Of a stretch of DNA of 64,000 bases, positions 1-12,491 are shown one piece after another; position 1 is the first letter of the stretch; each line of letters opens with the position of its first letter. Both the position numbers and the translations under genes were made by a program. The notes beneath the pieces are model-generated. The model was given only the letters and a program-made list of their open reading frames with translations, made no database searches and was not told the DNA's origin. Source of the DNA: Leucoraja ocellata (Eukaryota); contig JAWMAR010000108.1 in the NCBI GenBank assembly GCA_036785375.1, positions 2,294,001-2,358,000 of the forward strand. The letters run 5' to 3'.

Positions 1-149
1 TAAATATTTCCTACCCATGTACATGTCAATATGACCATACTCCCAAGAAAGCAATCCAAATTTGTCCAACCGCTGCTTACAGCAAATACCTTCTGCTCCA
101 GGCAGCTTTCTGGTAAATGCGGATTGTTATTCTCTGAATCATTTAGGCA

Positions 150-493
150 GAGGGGGCGACCTGATATATAAAATTATGAGAGGCATAGATAGGGCAGACA
201 GTCAGAACATTTTCCTCAGGCTGAAACGCCTAACACTAGAGAGCATTGGCGAGAGGAGGAAAGATTTTGAGGTATAGGTATTTTACACCAGGGTAGGTGC
301 CCGGAACACGGGTGCCAGGGTTGGAAGTGGAAGCAGAAACAATGGTGGTGTTTAAGAAGATTTTAGATAGATATATGAATATGCAGAGAATGGAGGGATA
401 TGGAATCAGGAGCAGGCAGAAGGGATTAATTTAACTTGACATTATGTTCAGCACAGACATTGTCGGCCAAGTAATGTACTGTTCTGTGTTCTG
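150..493 (+). mobile_element. Old CR1 LINE 3' fragment
   Basis: Degenerate RT C-terminus (RGGDLIYKIMRGIDRAD) followed by a CR1-type 3'UTR ending in tgttctgtgttctg. Confidence 0.75.
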
Positions 494-1030
494 TAGAATT
501 ACTGTTTAGCAGTTGGTCATCAGCCCAATATCTGCACAAACACCAGTAAAACCCATCTGGTGGACAGATCCCACAATTACCTCCTATGGTTTACTATATA
601 TAGTCAGTTCCCTGGAAACTCAGAAATGGGCCGTGATGGTGTGACTGCTTTCAGCAGCAATAAATATGTTGCTTTCTGCAAGTGAATAGGTTTGGTTTCT
701 TCAGCAATACCACTGATTTGTAGAACAATCTGGTAGCAAACTCAAAATCAGATAAACGCTGTGACCTGGTGAGTCTCAAGCAAAGCAGTGGCTTTCAGAA
801 ACCTGGCTCAGCAGTCAGCTTAATGCATCGCAATGTTTCATGCATCGCAATGGTTAATACTTCTCAATGGTTAATACTTCTCAATAACTATCTGCCCGAT
901 AATCATATAAACCCAAATACACGATTCGTGTGATTAAAACCAAATTGCTCATTCCATGCTTGTGAGGGTCGCGTACTGCTTGCTGCTGTATTCCTGAGTG
1001 CCTTTATGCACTACTATTCCATGCCTGAAA

Positions 1031-1580
1031 GGAGGGCGGCATGGTGGCACAGCGGTATAGTTGCTGCCCTGCAGCGTTTACAGCGCCACAGACCCAGGTT
1101 CAATCCCGACTGAGGGTGCTGTCATACGGATTTTGTAAGTTCTTCCCATGACCCCGTTGGTTTTTCTCAGAGATCTTCGATTTTCTCCTACACTCCAAAG
1201 CCATACAGGTCTGTAAAATGCCCCTGTCCCACTTAGGAAACCTGAACGGAAACCTCTGGAGACTTTGCGCCCCACCCAAGGTTTCCGTGCGGTTCCCGGA
1301 GGTTGCAGGTGGTTGCCGGAGGTTGCAGGTGGTTGCCGGAGGTTGCAGGTAGTGGAAGCAGGTAGGGAGACTGACAAAAACCTCCGGGAACCGCACGGAA
1401 ACCTTGGGTGGAGCGCAAAGTCTCCAGAGGTTTCCGTTCAGGTTTCCTAAGTGGGACAGGGGCATAAGTTAATTGGCTTGGTATAAGTGTAAATTGTGCC
1501 TAGTGTGTGCAGGATATTATTAACGTTCAGGCATCTTGGTCAGTGTGAACGTGCTGTGTCTCTAAACTAAACTAAACTAA
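1031..1580 (+). mobile_element. HE1-like tRNA-derived V-SINE interrupted by a MITE
   Basis: tRNA-like head (tggcacagcggt ... ggttcaatcc), central V-type domain, (CTAAA)n tail; split at 1219-1464. Confidence 0.85.
1219..1464. mobile_element. MITE family A (PIF/Harbinger-like), near-palindromic
   Basis: TIRs of about 85 bp (TGCCCCTGTCCCACTTAGG...CCTAAGTGGGACAGGGGCA), internal 20-bp tandem ggaggttgcaggtggttgcc, flanks AAA/TAA. Confidence 0.85.
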
Positions 1581-2267
1581 GTTAAACCTCTCTAAAGAAT
1601 AGAAAGGTTGCTGGTAATTTTAAGGGACACCACTCCTCAGTATTATGGCATCCCACTAATGATTCCTGGGACACTGATTTCATTCTCAAAGATAGAATCT
1701 ATGGCCCATTCTTATTGACTTTGAGCAGGAGGTGGAGAACCACCATCTTAAACAGCTGTCGTTCTTGTAGTGATGATACTTCGATGGTGCTGTATGTAAG
1801 GTTGGGGCGTCATGATTTAGCTCTAGTGACAATAGTTACGCTGACCCCAGGTATTTTCCAGCCTTGGGCGGTTAAACTCATGAACAATAAATTCACTAGT
1901 ACTTTCAATGTCTCTGGGTAACAGTGGCCTTGTTTTCAGCTTCCTGGGAAGAAAATTGTCAGGGCCAACAAACGTTGCCGTATTGTGTGGTTCAAACATT
2001 CCATGATATTATATGGATTGGCTTCTGTGATAATGGACGATCTCAAGAGGAGACCAAAATTTACCATCCATTTAGGCTACGGAGGATGGTAAATGCTTTT
2101 GTTCCAAGCACCCACCTGCTGCTCCCTATATCTCAGCGAGAATGAGGATGTTTATGGAGGTTCCTTCTGTTAGTTGTATTATTGTCCATGATATTCCTGG
2201 CCTAACGTAGCTAGACCAGAGCTTTGATGGTGTTATCAACGTGAGATCAACAAGTTGTGTTGTTTTC

Positions 2268-2680
2268 ATAGAAACATAGAAAATAGGTGCAGGAGTAGGC
2301 CATTCGGCCCTTCGAGCCTGCACTCCCATTCAATATGATCATGGCTGATCATCCAACTCAGTATCCTGTACCTGCCTTCTCTCCATACCCCCTGATCCCC
2401 TTAGGCACAAGGGCCACATCTAACTCCCTCTTAAATATAGCCAATGAACTGGCCTCAACTACCTTCTGTGGCAGAGAATTCCTCAGACTCACCACTCTCT
2501 GTGTGAAAAATGTTTTTCTCATCTCAGTCCTAAAAGATTTCCCCCTTATCCTTAAACTTTGACCCCTTGTCCTGGACTTCCCCAACATCGGGAACAATCT
2601 TCCTGCATCTAGCCTGTCCAACCGCTTAAGAATTTTGTAAGTTTCTATAAGATCCCCCCCCCCCCCCCAATCTTCTAAAT
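2268..2680 (-). mobile_element. Young CR1 (HER1-like) 3' fragment, (TTCTATGT)n tail
   Basis: RT C-terminus GDLIETYKIL...GYGEKAGTGY; TTTTCAT duplicated at 2263-2269 and 2680-2686. Confidence 0.9.
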
Positions 2681-2949
2681 TTTCATGATACATCCGCCGT
2701 TTGGCATCACTGTCTTCAACAAACAACGAGGAGTCCTAATTCACCAGCTGACAATTTCCTGGTGATGTTCTTGTCTAGGCTTAATGAGATCCACTTAATG
2801 GATGAATGTTGTGGATTCCCAGTGAAACTCTCTACAACCATGCAATTATCACAGGTGGGTCTGGGCTGGGAGGATAGCTGAGGAGGTCTGAGACATTAAC
2901 TGAAGTGCATGTTTCTGTAAGTATAACTACCTGATGGTGTTGGCTAATC

Positions 2950-3902
2950 AGTTTAGTTTAGTTTAGGGATGCAGTGTGGAAACTGTCCACCAAGTCCACA
3001 CCGACCAGCAATCCCTGCACATTAACACTATCCTACACATACTTGGGACAATTTTACACATTTCTTTGTTTCTATGTTTACACATACACCAAGCCAATTA
3101 ACCTACATAGAAACATAGAAACATAGAACATAGAAATTAGGTGCAGGAGTAGGCCATTCGGCCCTTCGAGCCTGCACCGCCATTCAATATGATCATGGCT
3201 GATCATCCAACTCAATATCCCGTACCTGCCTTCTCTCCATACCCCCTGATCCCCTTAGCCACAAGGGCCACATCTAACTCCCTCTTAAATATAGCCAATG
3301 AACTGGCCTCAACTACCCTCTGTGGCAGAGAGTTCCAGAGATTCACCACTCTCTGTGTGAAAAAAGTTCTTCTCATCTCGGTTTTAAAGGATTTCCCCCT
3401 TATCCTTAAGCTGTGACCCCTTGTCCTGGACTTCCCTAACATCGGGAACAATCTTCCTGCATCTAGCCTGTCCAACCCCTTAAGAATTTTGTAAGTTTCT
3501 ATAAGATCCCCTCTCAATCTCCTAAATTCTAGAGAGTATAAACCAAGTCTATCCAATCTTTCTTCATAAGACAGTCCTGACATCCCAGGAATCAGTCTGG
3601 TGAACCGTCTCTGCACTCCCTCTATGGCAATAATGTCCTTTCTCAGATTTGGAGACCAAAACTGTACGCAATACTCCAGGTGTGGTCTCACCAAGACCCT
3701 GTACAACTGCAGTAGAATGCTACATGCTTGTACGTCTTTGGAGTGTGGGAGGAAACCGAAGATCTCGGAGAAAGCCCACACGGTCACGGGGAGAACGTAC
3801 AAACTCCGTACAGACAGCACCCGTAGTCTGGATCAAACCCGGGTCTCCGGCGCAGCAAGCGCTATAAGGCAGCACCTCTACCCCTGCACCACCGTGGCCG
3901 CC
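2950..3902 (-). mobile_element. HE1-like SINE split by a CR1 insertion
   Basis: (TTTAG)n tail at about 2950 and tRNA-like head at about 3830-3900 on the minus strand; SINE sequence resumes on both sides of the LINE. Confidence 0.8.
3107..3717 (-). mobile_element. Young CR1 3' fragment
   Basis: ORF2 C-terminus [15 protein letters not shown]...AGTGY; CTACAT duplicated at 3103-3108 and 3720-3725. Confidence 0.9.
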
Positions 3903-4874
3903 CAATTTGTAGGGACCTTTTTTCTTAAATTTAGGCGCAAGTGCTCAGACATTAAAGAGGAAATCTTTGTCGAGCCAAATGTCTGAACACTGTCCCCTGG
4001 TCGATTCCAACTCTTGGTCTTCATTCATTTTAATCCTTTTTTTGTTCATTGTGTTTTTGATACAGCTGAGTGACTTACTAAATTATGTCGGTGTTATGGA
4101 GTCACATTAAACAGATTTATTTCCCTAGTGCATCAGATGCATTTATTTTTTGATAATCCAGCTATTTTGTCATTACTAATGCAATAATTTAAATTCCAAT
4201 TCTTTAAAGTTTAATTTAAATTCCCCAAGTGCCCTGGTGGGATTTGATCTCAGGTCCCGAGATCATTAGTGTGACCCTCGGGAAAACCAGTCCCATAACA
4301 ACCTAATTGTTATTGTATCAATTGTAGCACATCTTTTTTTAAAAAAAGGACATTAAGAACTACGTATTAATTGAACCTACCAATGAATATGTGAGGAAAT
4401 CAGTCTTTTAACTATTTTAATCATTTACTGCATTATTAAACCCATGTCCAATTCTGTGAAGTGGCATTAAAAACACATAAAGGACTCCCTAATACATGGT
4501 GATAATTAGAAGATAAAATTACTGATGTTATAATATCTGGCTGTAATATTTTGCCAATAGTGAAATGGCCTGTGTTAAGATTTAATTTATTTTCTTCGCA
4601 CATATATAATTTTATCGAACAATGTATTCATATAATTCGGAAAATCTAATCTTAACTCACCTTCAATAAAACACTAAGTATTTGCAGTGTTATCAGAGGG
4701 ACCAACATTCACAGTCACCTCAGACATTTCATACCAAAAGAATCACATTTTCTCTCATGTTTTCCTGAGCATGCTCATAAATATAGTCATAGAGTCTTAC
4801 AGCGTGGGAACAGGCTCATCGGTTCAACTTGCCCATCTACGCTAGTCCCACCTACCTGCGTTTGGTCCATATAC

Positions 4875-5190
4875 GACCGCCTCTACCACCCATCGACTCT
4901 ATCTATCTTTCACGCTGCCTCGGGAAAGTAACCAGCATAACCAAGGACCAGTCACACTCCAGTCATTCTCTCTTCTCTTCACACCCACCAGTCAAAAACT
5001 TGAAACCACTTACCATTAGATTCAAGAACTGTTCTTTCCCTGCTATTATCAAATTCTTAAATAGACTTTTTATATACAGAGATGGATTCCCAATCTTCCA
5101 ATCTGCCCTTGCACTTTTTTAAACTGCATTTTCTCTGTAGTTGAAACACTATATTCTGCACTCTCTCTTTTGCACGACCTGATGTACTCC
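4875..5190 (+). mobile_element. Rex1/Babar-type LINE 3' fragment
   Basis: Peptide LPPIDSIYLSRCLGK...TIRFKNCSFPAIIKFLN resembles the Rex1 RT C-terminus seen in other copies here. Confidence 0.7.
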
Positions 5191-5296
5191 AGCATTTGCT
5201 GTTCTTTGTGTCTCCAGTCTCCACCTCATTTAGCTGTCTGCCACTAATCGAAGGATGGACAGCGAGAAATAACGAGACAGTGGAGCAGCTGGAATC

Positions 5297-5980
5297 TGAA
5301 TCTGAAACTGGAGGAATAGCACCTCATATTATGCCTGGTCTGAAGAAGGGTCTCGACCAGAAACATTGCCTATTTCCTTTGCTCCATGTTGCCTCACCCG
5401 CTGAGTTGCTCCAGCATTTTTGTCTACCTTCGTTTTCCAGCATCTGCAGTTCCTTCTTAAACAAATCATATTATGCCTGGGTAGCTCACAGCCCAATGGT
5501 ATGAACATTGGATTCTCCAATTTGAGGTAACCTCTAACTAACAACCCCCAACCACGCCCCCCCCCCCCCACCCCCTCTCCCCCCCCCCCCCACCCCCTCT
5601 CCCCCACACCTCTCTTTCTTCTCTCCCTTCCCTCCCCTTTGCCTCACTTGGACCTTGGACTCCCACATATTTCTCCATCCGCTACTTTCCTTCCTCTGAT
5701 TTCTCAATCCACAAATCTTCAAACATCTCACATCTTTATCCCTTTATTTCTGGCCTTTGCTCCATCCATCAGCCTACCAGAACACCCCCCCCCCCCTCCA
5801 CCACCCCCCCAACTCCACCCGATTACCTGCCGCACATTGTCCTGCCTCTTCCCTTTTCCAGCTTTCATCTTTCACTGCAATCTGTCTGAAGAAAAGTCCT
5901 AACCCGAAACATCAGCTATCCATGTTCTCCAGCGATGCTGCCTGACCCACTGAGGTACTACAGCACTTTGTGTCCTTTTG
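5297..5980 (+). mobile_element. Old Penelope-like element 3' end (GIY-YIG tail plus pLTR)
   Basis: KLEE*HLILCLGSSQPNGMNIGFSNLR* (read across the nested insert) matches the GIY-YIG C-terminus at about 62170-62259; degenerate hammerhead core at 5886-5910. Confidence 0.75.
5339..5465 (+). mobile_element. 127-bp Penelope-derived unit with minimal hammerhead core and 15-bp TSD
   Basis: TCATATTATGCCTGG at 5324-5338 and 5466-5480; CTGAAGA at 5340-5346 and GAAAC at 5360-5364. Confidence 0.8.
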
Positions 5981-6102
5981 AATAAAGAGACAGGATTGGT
6001 ATTCATTGGTGCAAAAATATTTGATGTTGTTCTGCTGACAATAAATTTGTTATTTGAACATCCTTTTAATGACAGTGTGCCCTCCTGCAATGTGTGCGCC
6101 TG

Positions 6103-6162
6103 CACACACACGTTCACACACGGTCACACACACGCACACACATTCACACACACTCACACACT
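6103..6162. repeat. Imperfect (CA)n microsatellite
   Basis: Seen directly. Confidence 0.9.
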
Positions 6163-7077
6163 CAGACAAAACAAACCTCGTTCTATCTTTGACCTATACG
6201 AATTTAGACAGTGAAATTAAAAAAAATTAGTAAGTTATTGTTATAAAAACTTAGCAGTGCAACATCACATGAATGTGTTAATCATTGATCAATACAGCTA
6301 ACAGTACAGCATTAGTACACAGACTGAAATGGATGGCCATAATGAGCCAGAGAAAGTGCTAAATTAGAAATCAGTAATCACAGCAATTTGATAAATCTTG
6401 TCATTAGTGGATTGAAATTATAATAATGATCACAAAGGCTGCCGGTTTATTCTAAAAAACCTAATTATTCTCCACTGTGTTATGAACTCAGAATATTTGA
6501 GCATTTTTAAAATGTTGTTATTAAAAAAACATAGGTTTGATAAAAAATCTCAGTGATAGGTAACAATGTAAAGTTTCCAGTCTTATGCAATATAAATTAG
6601 TTGTCACGTGTATCATATTAAAACCATTTTACTCTTCGTAGAGACATGTAATTAATCCTGCATATAAATCGCATTGTAAGTGTCTTTTTCAGATTCGTAT
6701 CCTTTTCCTGTATTTTCTAATAAATCTCTAGACCTACATTTTCAGTCAATTGAAATATCTGCATGGCTAAACTTTAATGGCAGTGATAAATTAGAAGAGA
6801 TAATGTCCTAAATCATAGCTCATAGATAACAGAATGAGATGACTTCAAATGATCTCACTTTTTCCTGTTTAATGGACACCCTTTCTAACTTATCAAATGG
6901 AAATCAAATTAAATCTCCAATATGAACGTTGATGAAATGATGAGCAATTTCAATATGCCAATCAATCAGCAAAGAACTGGTGATTGCTTTGAAAAGGAGT
7001 TTCTTCCATATCTGAGAGGTGCTGTTGAGAATATTTAATGTTCCTCGTGGCGTGCTGTTCTCATTAAGAGAGGCTTA

Positions 7078-7520
7078 AGGTGGCACAGTAACGCAGCTGG
7101 TAGTGCTGCTGCCTCACAATGCTGGAGACCCAGGTTTGATCCGGACCTCAAGTGGTGTGGAGTTTACACATTCTCCCTGTGACCGCAAGGGTTTTCTCCA
7201 GTAATTGGCCTACAAGTTTAGTTTAGTTTAATTTAGTTCAGTTTAGTTTAGATTCGATATACAGCATGGAAACAGGCCCTTCAGCTCACTGAGTCCGCAC
7301 CGACCAACAATCATCCCGTACACTAGTTCTATCCTACACACGGGGGACATTTTACAGAAGCCAATTAACCTACAAACCTGCACGTCTTCTGAATGTGGGA
7401 TGAAACCGGAGCACTCGAAGGAAAACCACAGGGAGAACGTGCAAACTCCACACAGACAGCATCCGTAGTCAGGATCGAACCCTGGTCTCTGGCGCCATAG
7501 GGCAGCAACTCTACCGCCCT
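7078..7520. mobile_element. Two HE1-like SINEs tail-to-tail (partial + copy 7078-7215, full - copy 7217-7520)
   Basis: Heads at both outer ends, with a (TTTAG)n tail in the middle. Confidence 0.75.
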
Positions 7521-8020
7521 TCAGCCCAACTTGCTCACACCGGTCAACATGTCCCATTTACACTAGTCCCACCATACCCCTCTTAACCTGTCCTATTTGT
7601 TCCATATCACCCTCGATATCTCTTGTTTTCTTCTCCCCAGACTGGCTGCAGAAGGGTCTCATCACAAAACGTTACGTATTCCTTTTCTCCAGAGATCCTG
7701 ACTCGCTGAGTTACTCCAGCTTTTTGTGTCTATCTTCAGTTTAAACAAGCACCTCAAGTTCCTTCCAACACACAATCCATGTACCTGTCTAAATATCTCT
7801 CAAACTTTGCGATGGTACTTGTCTCAACTACCTCCTCCAGCATCTCGTTCCATACACCCACCACCCTTTGTGTCAAAATGTTACCCCCTCAGGTTCCTAG
7901 AAATCTTTCCCCCCTCACCTCTGACCCCTGTCCTCTGGTCTTCAATTCCCCTACTTTAGGCAAGAGAATCTGTGCATTTACCCAATCTATTCGCCTCATG
8001 TTTTTGTACACCTCAATATG
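7520..8020 (-). mobile_element. Old CR1 3' fragment containing a Penelope pLTR piece (about 7605-7775, +)
   Basis: CR1 3' region in antisense, interrupted by gaagggtctc...gagttactccagc. Confidence 0.65.
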
Positions 8021-8979
8021 GTCTTCTGGGGTGAATATCTCATAGTCTCTTGGTATCCTCCAGCTCTGCCCTTTCGCACAAATGTAAATGCTCCCTATGT
8101 CTATATTTCAAATCCTTTTGTAGTTTTAAAGGCTTCCCATCACCCTTCTTTTCTTTTCCAAAGCAACCCAACATTTAACTTCCTTCCTCTTCGGAATAGC
8201 CATCTATTCTAGGACCCACCTTGTTTATTCTCCCTCTTGCATCTCCCATCCACTTTATAATTTGCTGTTGAGAGGTTTGCACGGTATTCTATACATGGTT
8301 TCATCAATTCATTCATTCATCATTGTTGAAAACATTAGCGACACAGTGGTGCTGGTTTCCCACGGGAACGGTGACGGACGCACCACACATCTCTGTCCTC
8401 CAGTTCCTGTGGATTTCCGCCGCTGGAATTATAGGATTTTGGTGTGTGTGCTTTATCATCATTCCTTACATTGCTATGTACGACAGTGATCGCAACATCT
8501 ACTGAGGTGTAGATGGCCGTTGGCTCGCTAGAAGCTAATCCGCTCTTTGACAGGTCTTGTTTTTGGTCCTGCTGGGGGTCCACAGCCCCCTCCTCACCTG
8601 GCAAACCAGGTGGGGGAGACAGTTTAGTCGCCGACTATCCGACCATGAAGCAAGCAGCATGGGATTGCATGGTACCCATGGCGGAAGGAACTCCGCCCCC
8701 CCACCCCCCCCCGACTTATCAAGATAAGTTTTAATATAATTCTTCCAGCCACTTTAGTCAAAGGCATAATTTTGTTATTTATTTATCAATATACCGAATG
8801 TAGGCATTGTTGGAAAGGCCAACATTTATTGCCCATGAGAAATTTGTGGTCAGTCACCTTCTTGGACTGATAGTCACCTCTGTGCATGGTTAAAACAAAT
8901 TGTAAACAACAGTGGTAGTATGGCCTTGTTCAGATTGTCAACAATATTTCTCCATCACAAAACAAGCTATTCTCCACCA

Positions 8980-9360
8980 TCAAGTCAAGTCAAGTCACAT
9001 TTAATCATATAACACATTTAAAAAACATTGGCCAAAATGCTTTACATTTGTTATAAGAATAGTATAAACAAACCAACTATATACGTATAGCCCTCGCTCA
9101 GTGGACGTCAGGAAAGGCTTGGGAGTATAGATAAGATTTTAGTCTTGACTTAAAGGAGTCGATGGAGGGGGCAGTTCTGATGGGAAGGGGGATGCTGTTC
9201 CACAGTCTAGGAGCTGCAACCGCAAAGACGCGGTCGCCCCTAAGCTTATGCCTAGACCACGGGATATTCAGCAGCCCCAAGTCGGCCGATCTGAGGGACC
9301 TGGAGGTGGAGTGGTGGGTGAGAAGACTTTTAATGTAGGTGGGGGCAAGCCCATTGAGGG
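8980..9360 (-). mobile_element. L2-clade LINE 3' fragment
   Basis: GDRVFAVAAPRLWNSIPLPIRTAPSIDSFKSRLKSYLYSQAF is a typical L2 ORF2 C-terminus; (TTGAC)n tail. Confidence 0.85.
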
Positions 9361-10033
9361 TGGTAATATCTGAAATGTTAGGACATTTGAATTTATCAGG
9401 ATAAATGTGACGTTAAGTCTACTGCCAGTAAATCTGTGCATGCTGTTAGTGGGCCAGGGCCTCATCAGGTGAATAGAGAAAATACAGAAGCTTGTGTTTA
9501 ATGAAGGAGTGTTGTAAATATGGTAATTGAATCATACAGCATGGAAACTGGACCCTCAGCCCAACATGCCCACACCGACTAAGATACATCATCTACAGTA
9601 GTTCCATCCGCCTGTGTTTGGCCCATATCCTTTTAAGAAGTCTGAGGAAGGGTCTCAACCTGAAGAGTCACCTATTCCTCGTCTCCAGAATTGCTGTCTG
9701 ACTCATTGCGTATCTTCTTTTTGTATCTTCCTTCTAAACCTTGTACTTGTCCAAATGTATTTTAAATGTTGTGATAGTACCTGCCTTAACTATCTCTTCT
9801 GGCAGCTCGTTCCACAAACCCACCACCCTTTTTGTAAATAATCTTCCCCTGAGATACCTTTTTAATCCTCCCCTCACACCTTAAACCAGTGTCACCTGGT
9901 TGTTGATTCCGCTACTCTGGGTAAAAGTGCGCATTTACCCTATCTATTCCCCTCGCGATCTCATACGCCTCTCTAAGAGCACTCCTCATCATCCTGCGCT
10001 CCAAGATATAAAGTCCTCGCCTGATCACCTAGA

Positions 10034-10338
10034 TGGGGCTGTCCCACTGTACAAGCTCATTCAAGAGCTCTCCCGAGTTTAAAAAAATATTAAACTCGTG
10101 GAAGCACGTAGCGGGTACGTCGGAGCTCGGGACGTCTCTTAGCGGCTCGTAACGCTAACGGCAGGTGCTTGGGAAACGCGGAAAGCTCGGGAAGACGCGG
10201 GAAGATTTTTCAACGTGTTGAAAAATGTCCACGAGAGCCCCGAGTACCGACGAGCGGCCATTACCGTAAATCTCTAAGTTCGAATCAGGGCAAACTCTGG
10301 AGAACTCTTGAATAAACTCGTACAGTGGGACAGAGCCA
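10034..10338. mobile_element. MITE family C (Harbinger-like)
   Basis: TIRs TGGGGCTGTCCCACTGTAC / GTACAGTGGGACAGAGCCA, inserted in an old CR1; TSD imperfect. Confidence 0.7.
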
Positions 10339-11017
10339 TCACTCTGTACCTCAGGCTATGTGCTCTGTGTATTCTGTTTATATTGATTACATTTTGGGGA
10401 TGTAGACATTGCTATCAAGGCCATTTACCACCCACAGGAAGGTAGTTGTGAGCTGCCTTCTAAAACCACTGCAGGTTATATTCCATAAAGCCACACGGTG
10501 TTTTCCCCTGGAAAAATAGGTAAATATAAATACATTTAGTCTGTTCCGATGTCACTATATTTCATCATCCACCTGCAAGTGTGGCGGATATGCAAATCTC
10601 CATTAATATAGCCAGCTGCTTTTATCCAGATGCATGAACCGAGGTATGAGCAGGTGAATGCTTTGTCACGCCAGTCGAGTTAATGCTCCCACACTGCAGT
10701 TGTAGCTCATTACAAATAGGGGGATCTAAGATGCTGACCACAAAGTATGCATGGTGATACCAATCCTTCTGCTTCCGTCAATGTTAAGTATAATTAGAGC
10801 AGGCAAATTCCTTTATGAGATGATAAGCTATAAGATGGTTAGCCCTCAAGGCACACACAGGGATTATGATGCACAATTCATCTGTTGGGTGGAATTTGGG
10901 CAACATGCCAATTTTATGTCGCTTTCTGATTATTATGATTTTTTTTGTAGAGCAGCCGGTAGTTCTCGCACTATTCTTTGGCAGCGTGCACAATAAGAGT
11001 GGTTCAACATTGTTTGT

Positions 11018-11477
11018 AGGACTTGCATATGAAGAAAGACTGGATAGACTCGGCTTGTACTCGCTCGAATTTAGAAGATTGAGGGGGGATCTTATAGAAA
11101 CTTACAACATTCTTAAAGGGTTGGACAGGCTAGATGCAGGAAGATTGTTCCCGATGTTGGGGAAGTCCAGAACATGGGGTCACAGTTTAAGGATAAGAGG
11201 GAAATCTTTTAGGATCGAGATGAGAAAAACATTTTTCACACAGAGAGTGGTGAATCTTTGGAATTCTCTGCCACAGAAGGTAGTTGAGGCCAGTTCATTG
11301 GCTATACAGTATTTAAGAGGGAGTTAGATGTGGCCCTTGTGGCTAAAGGGATCAGGGGGTATGGAGAGAAGGCAGGTACAGGATACTGAGTGGATGATCA
11401 GCCATGATCATATTGAATGGCGTTGCAGGCTCGAAGGGCTGAATGGCCTACTCCTGCACCTATTTTCTATGTTTCTA
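11018..11477 (+). mobile_element. Young CR1 3' fragment
   Basis: [25 protein letters not shown]...; TTCTATGT tail. Confidence 0.9.
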
Positions 11478-11537
11478 TTATAGCCATGTCTAGATATTTC
11501 TAGTTTTATCTTTTTTGGTCTGCCTGTAGGTGGGATT

Positions 11538-11835
11538 TGTTACGTAGTAGGGCGTGTCTACATCTAAGAGGCTGGCGCAGTCACGGAGATTGGGATCAGT
11601 TTAGCCTCGAGGGATGGTGGAGACAACAGTTTTTTTACCTCTCTCACACAAGACACACGACAACACAGGCGCGACACGACGCGGGTGAAACAGTTAGTAA
11701 GAGCGAAAAGTTGTATGAATTATTTATTTGTTTGGACCAATTCAATAAAAGACCAATTAATCAAGAAACAACGACTGGAAGATTCGTTAAGCGAGTGCGT
11801 AAGCTATATCTCTTCTACATCCACGAGTAGTAATA
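11538..11835 (+). mobile_element. Possible solo LTR
   Basis: TGTTAC...GTAATA imperfect inverted termini, AATAAA at 11743-11748, CpG-rich relative to its flanks; TSD poor (GGATT/GCAAT). Confidence 0.4.
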
Positions 11836-11970
11836 GCAATTAAAAGTTGGTCATTGGATAGTTTAGAAGTTGCCATTACATTGATGGTTATTTGCACTAC
11901 TTACAGCCAGCCTGCACATTTCCCTTGGAAGGTACATTGTGAGCAGAGGCATGTTCAGGTTGTTCTGTAA

Positions 11971-12176
11971 TGCCCCTGTCCCACTTAGGAAACCTGAACG
12001 AAAACCTCTGGAGACTTTGCGCCCCACCCGGAGGTTGCAGGTGGTTGCCGAAGGTTGCAGGTAGTGGAAGGAGGTAGGGAGACTGACAAAAACCTCCGGG
12101 AACCGCACGGAAACCTTGGGTGGGGCGCAAAGTCTCCAGAGGTTTCCGTTCAGGTTTCCTAAGTGGGGCAGGGGTA
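11971..12176. mobile_element. MITE family A, internally deleted
   Basis: Same TIRs as 1219-1464; flanks TAA/TTA. Confidence 0.85.
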
Positions 12177-12491
12177 TTAGAGTATTCGACCTGGAAAAGG
12201 GATTTAATGGTTGAACAGGGCAGAGAGCAGATCCCAGATTTGGGAGACTGCACTGGAAGTCTAAGTGAAGGATGTGCAAAAGAGGATTGTTGCTCTGTAA
12301 GACTGATGTGGTGGCAGGAGGGAATAGATAGTTGGAGCAATCAATGCAAGCAGTATTCTCTAAGGACTTGTATAAAATCATGAGAAGGAATAGATTGGGT
12401 AGACACACAGGGTCTCTTGCCCAGAGTTGGGGAATCGAGAACCAGAGGACATAGTGGAGGGGAAAAGATTTAATTGGAATCTGAGGGGTAA

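Noticed and set aside
1298-1350. 20-bp direct repeats as a possible CRISPR array
   Set aside because: Contiguous units inside a MITE, with no spacers.
2335-2562. Recurring 75-aa ORF MIMADHPTQYPVPAF... (about 10 copies)
   Set aside because: Antisense frame of the CR1 3' end, not a gene family.
3212-3820. 202-aa ORF
   Set aside because: Chance fusion of SINE sequence with the CR1 ORF2 C-terminus; no RT core.
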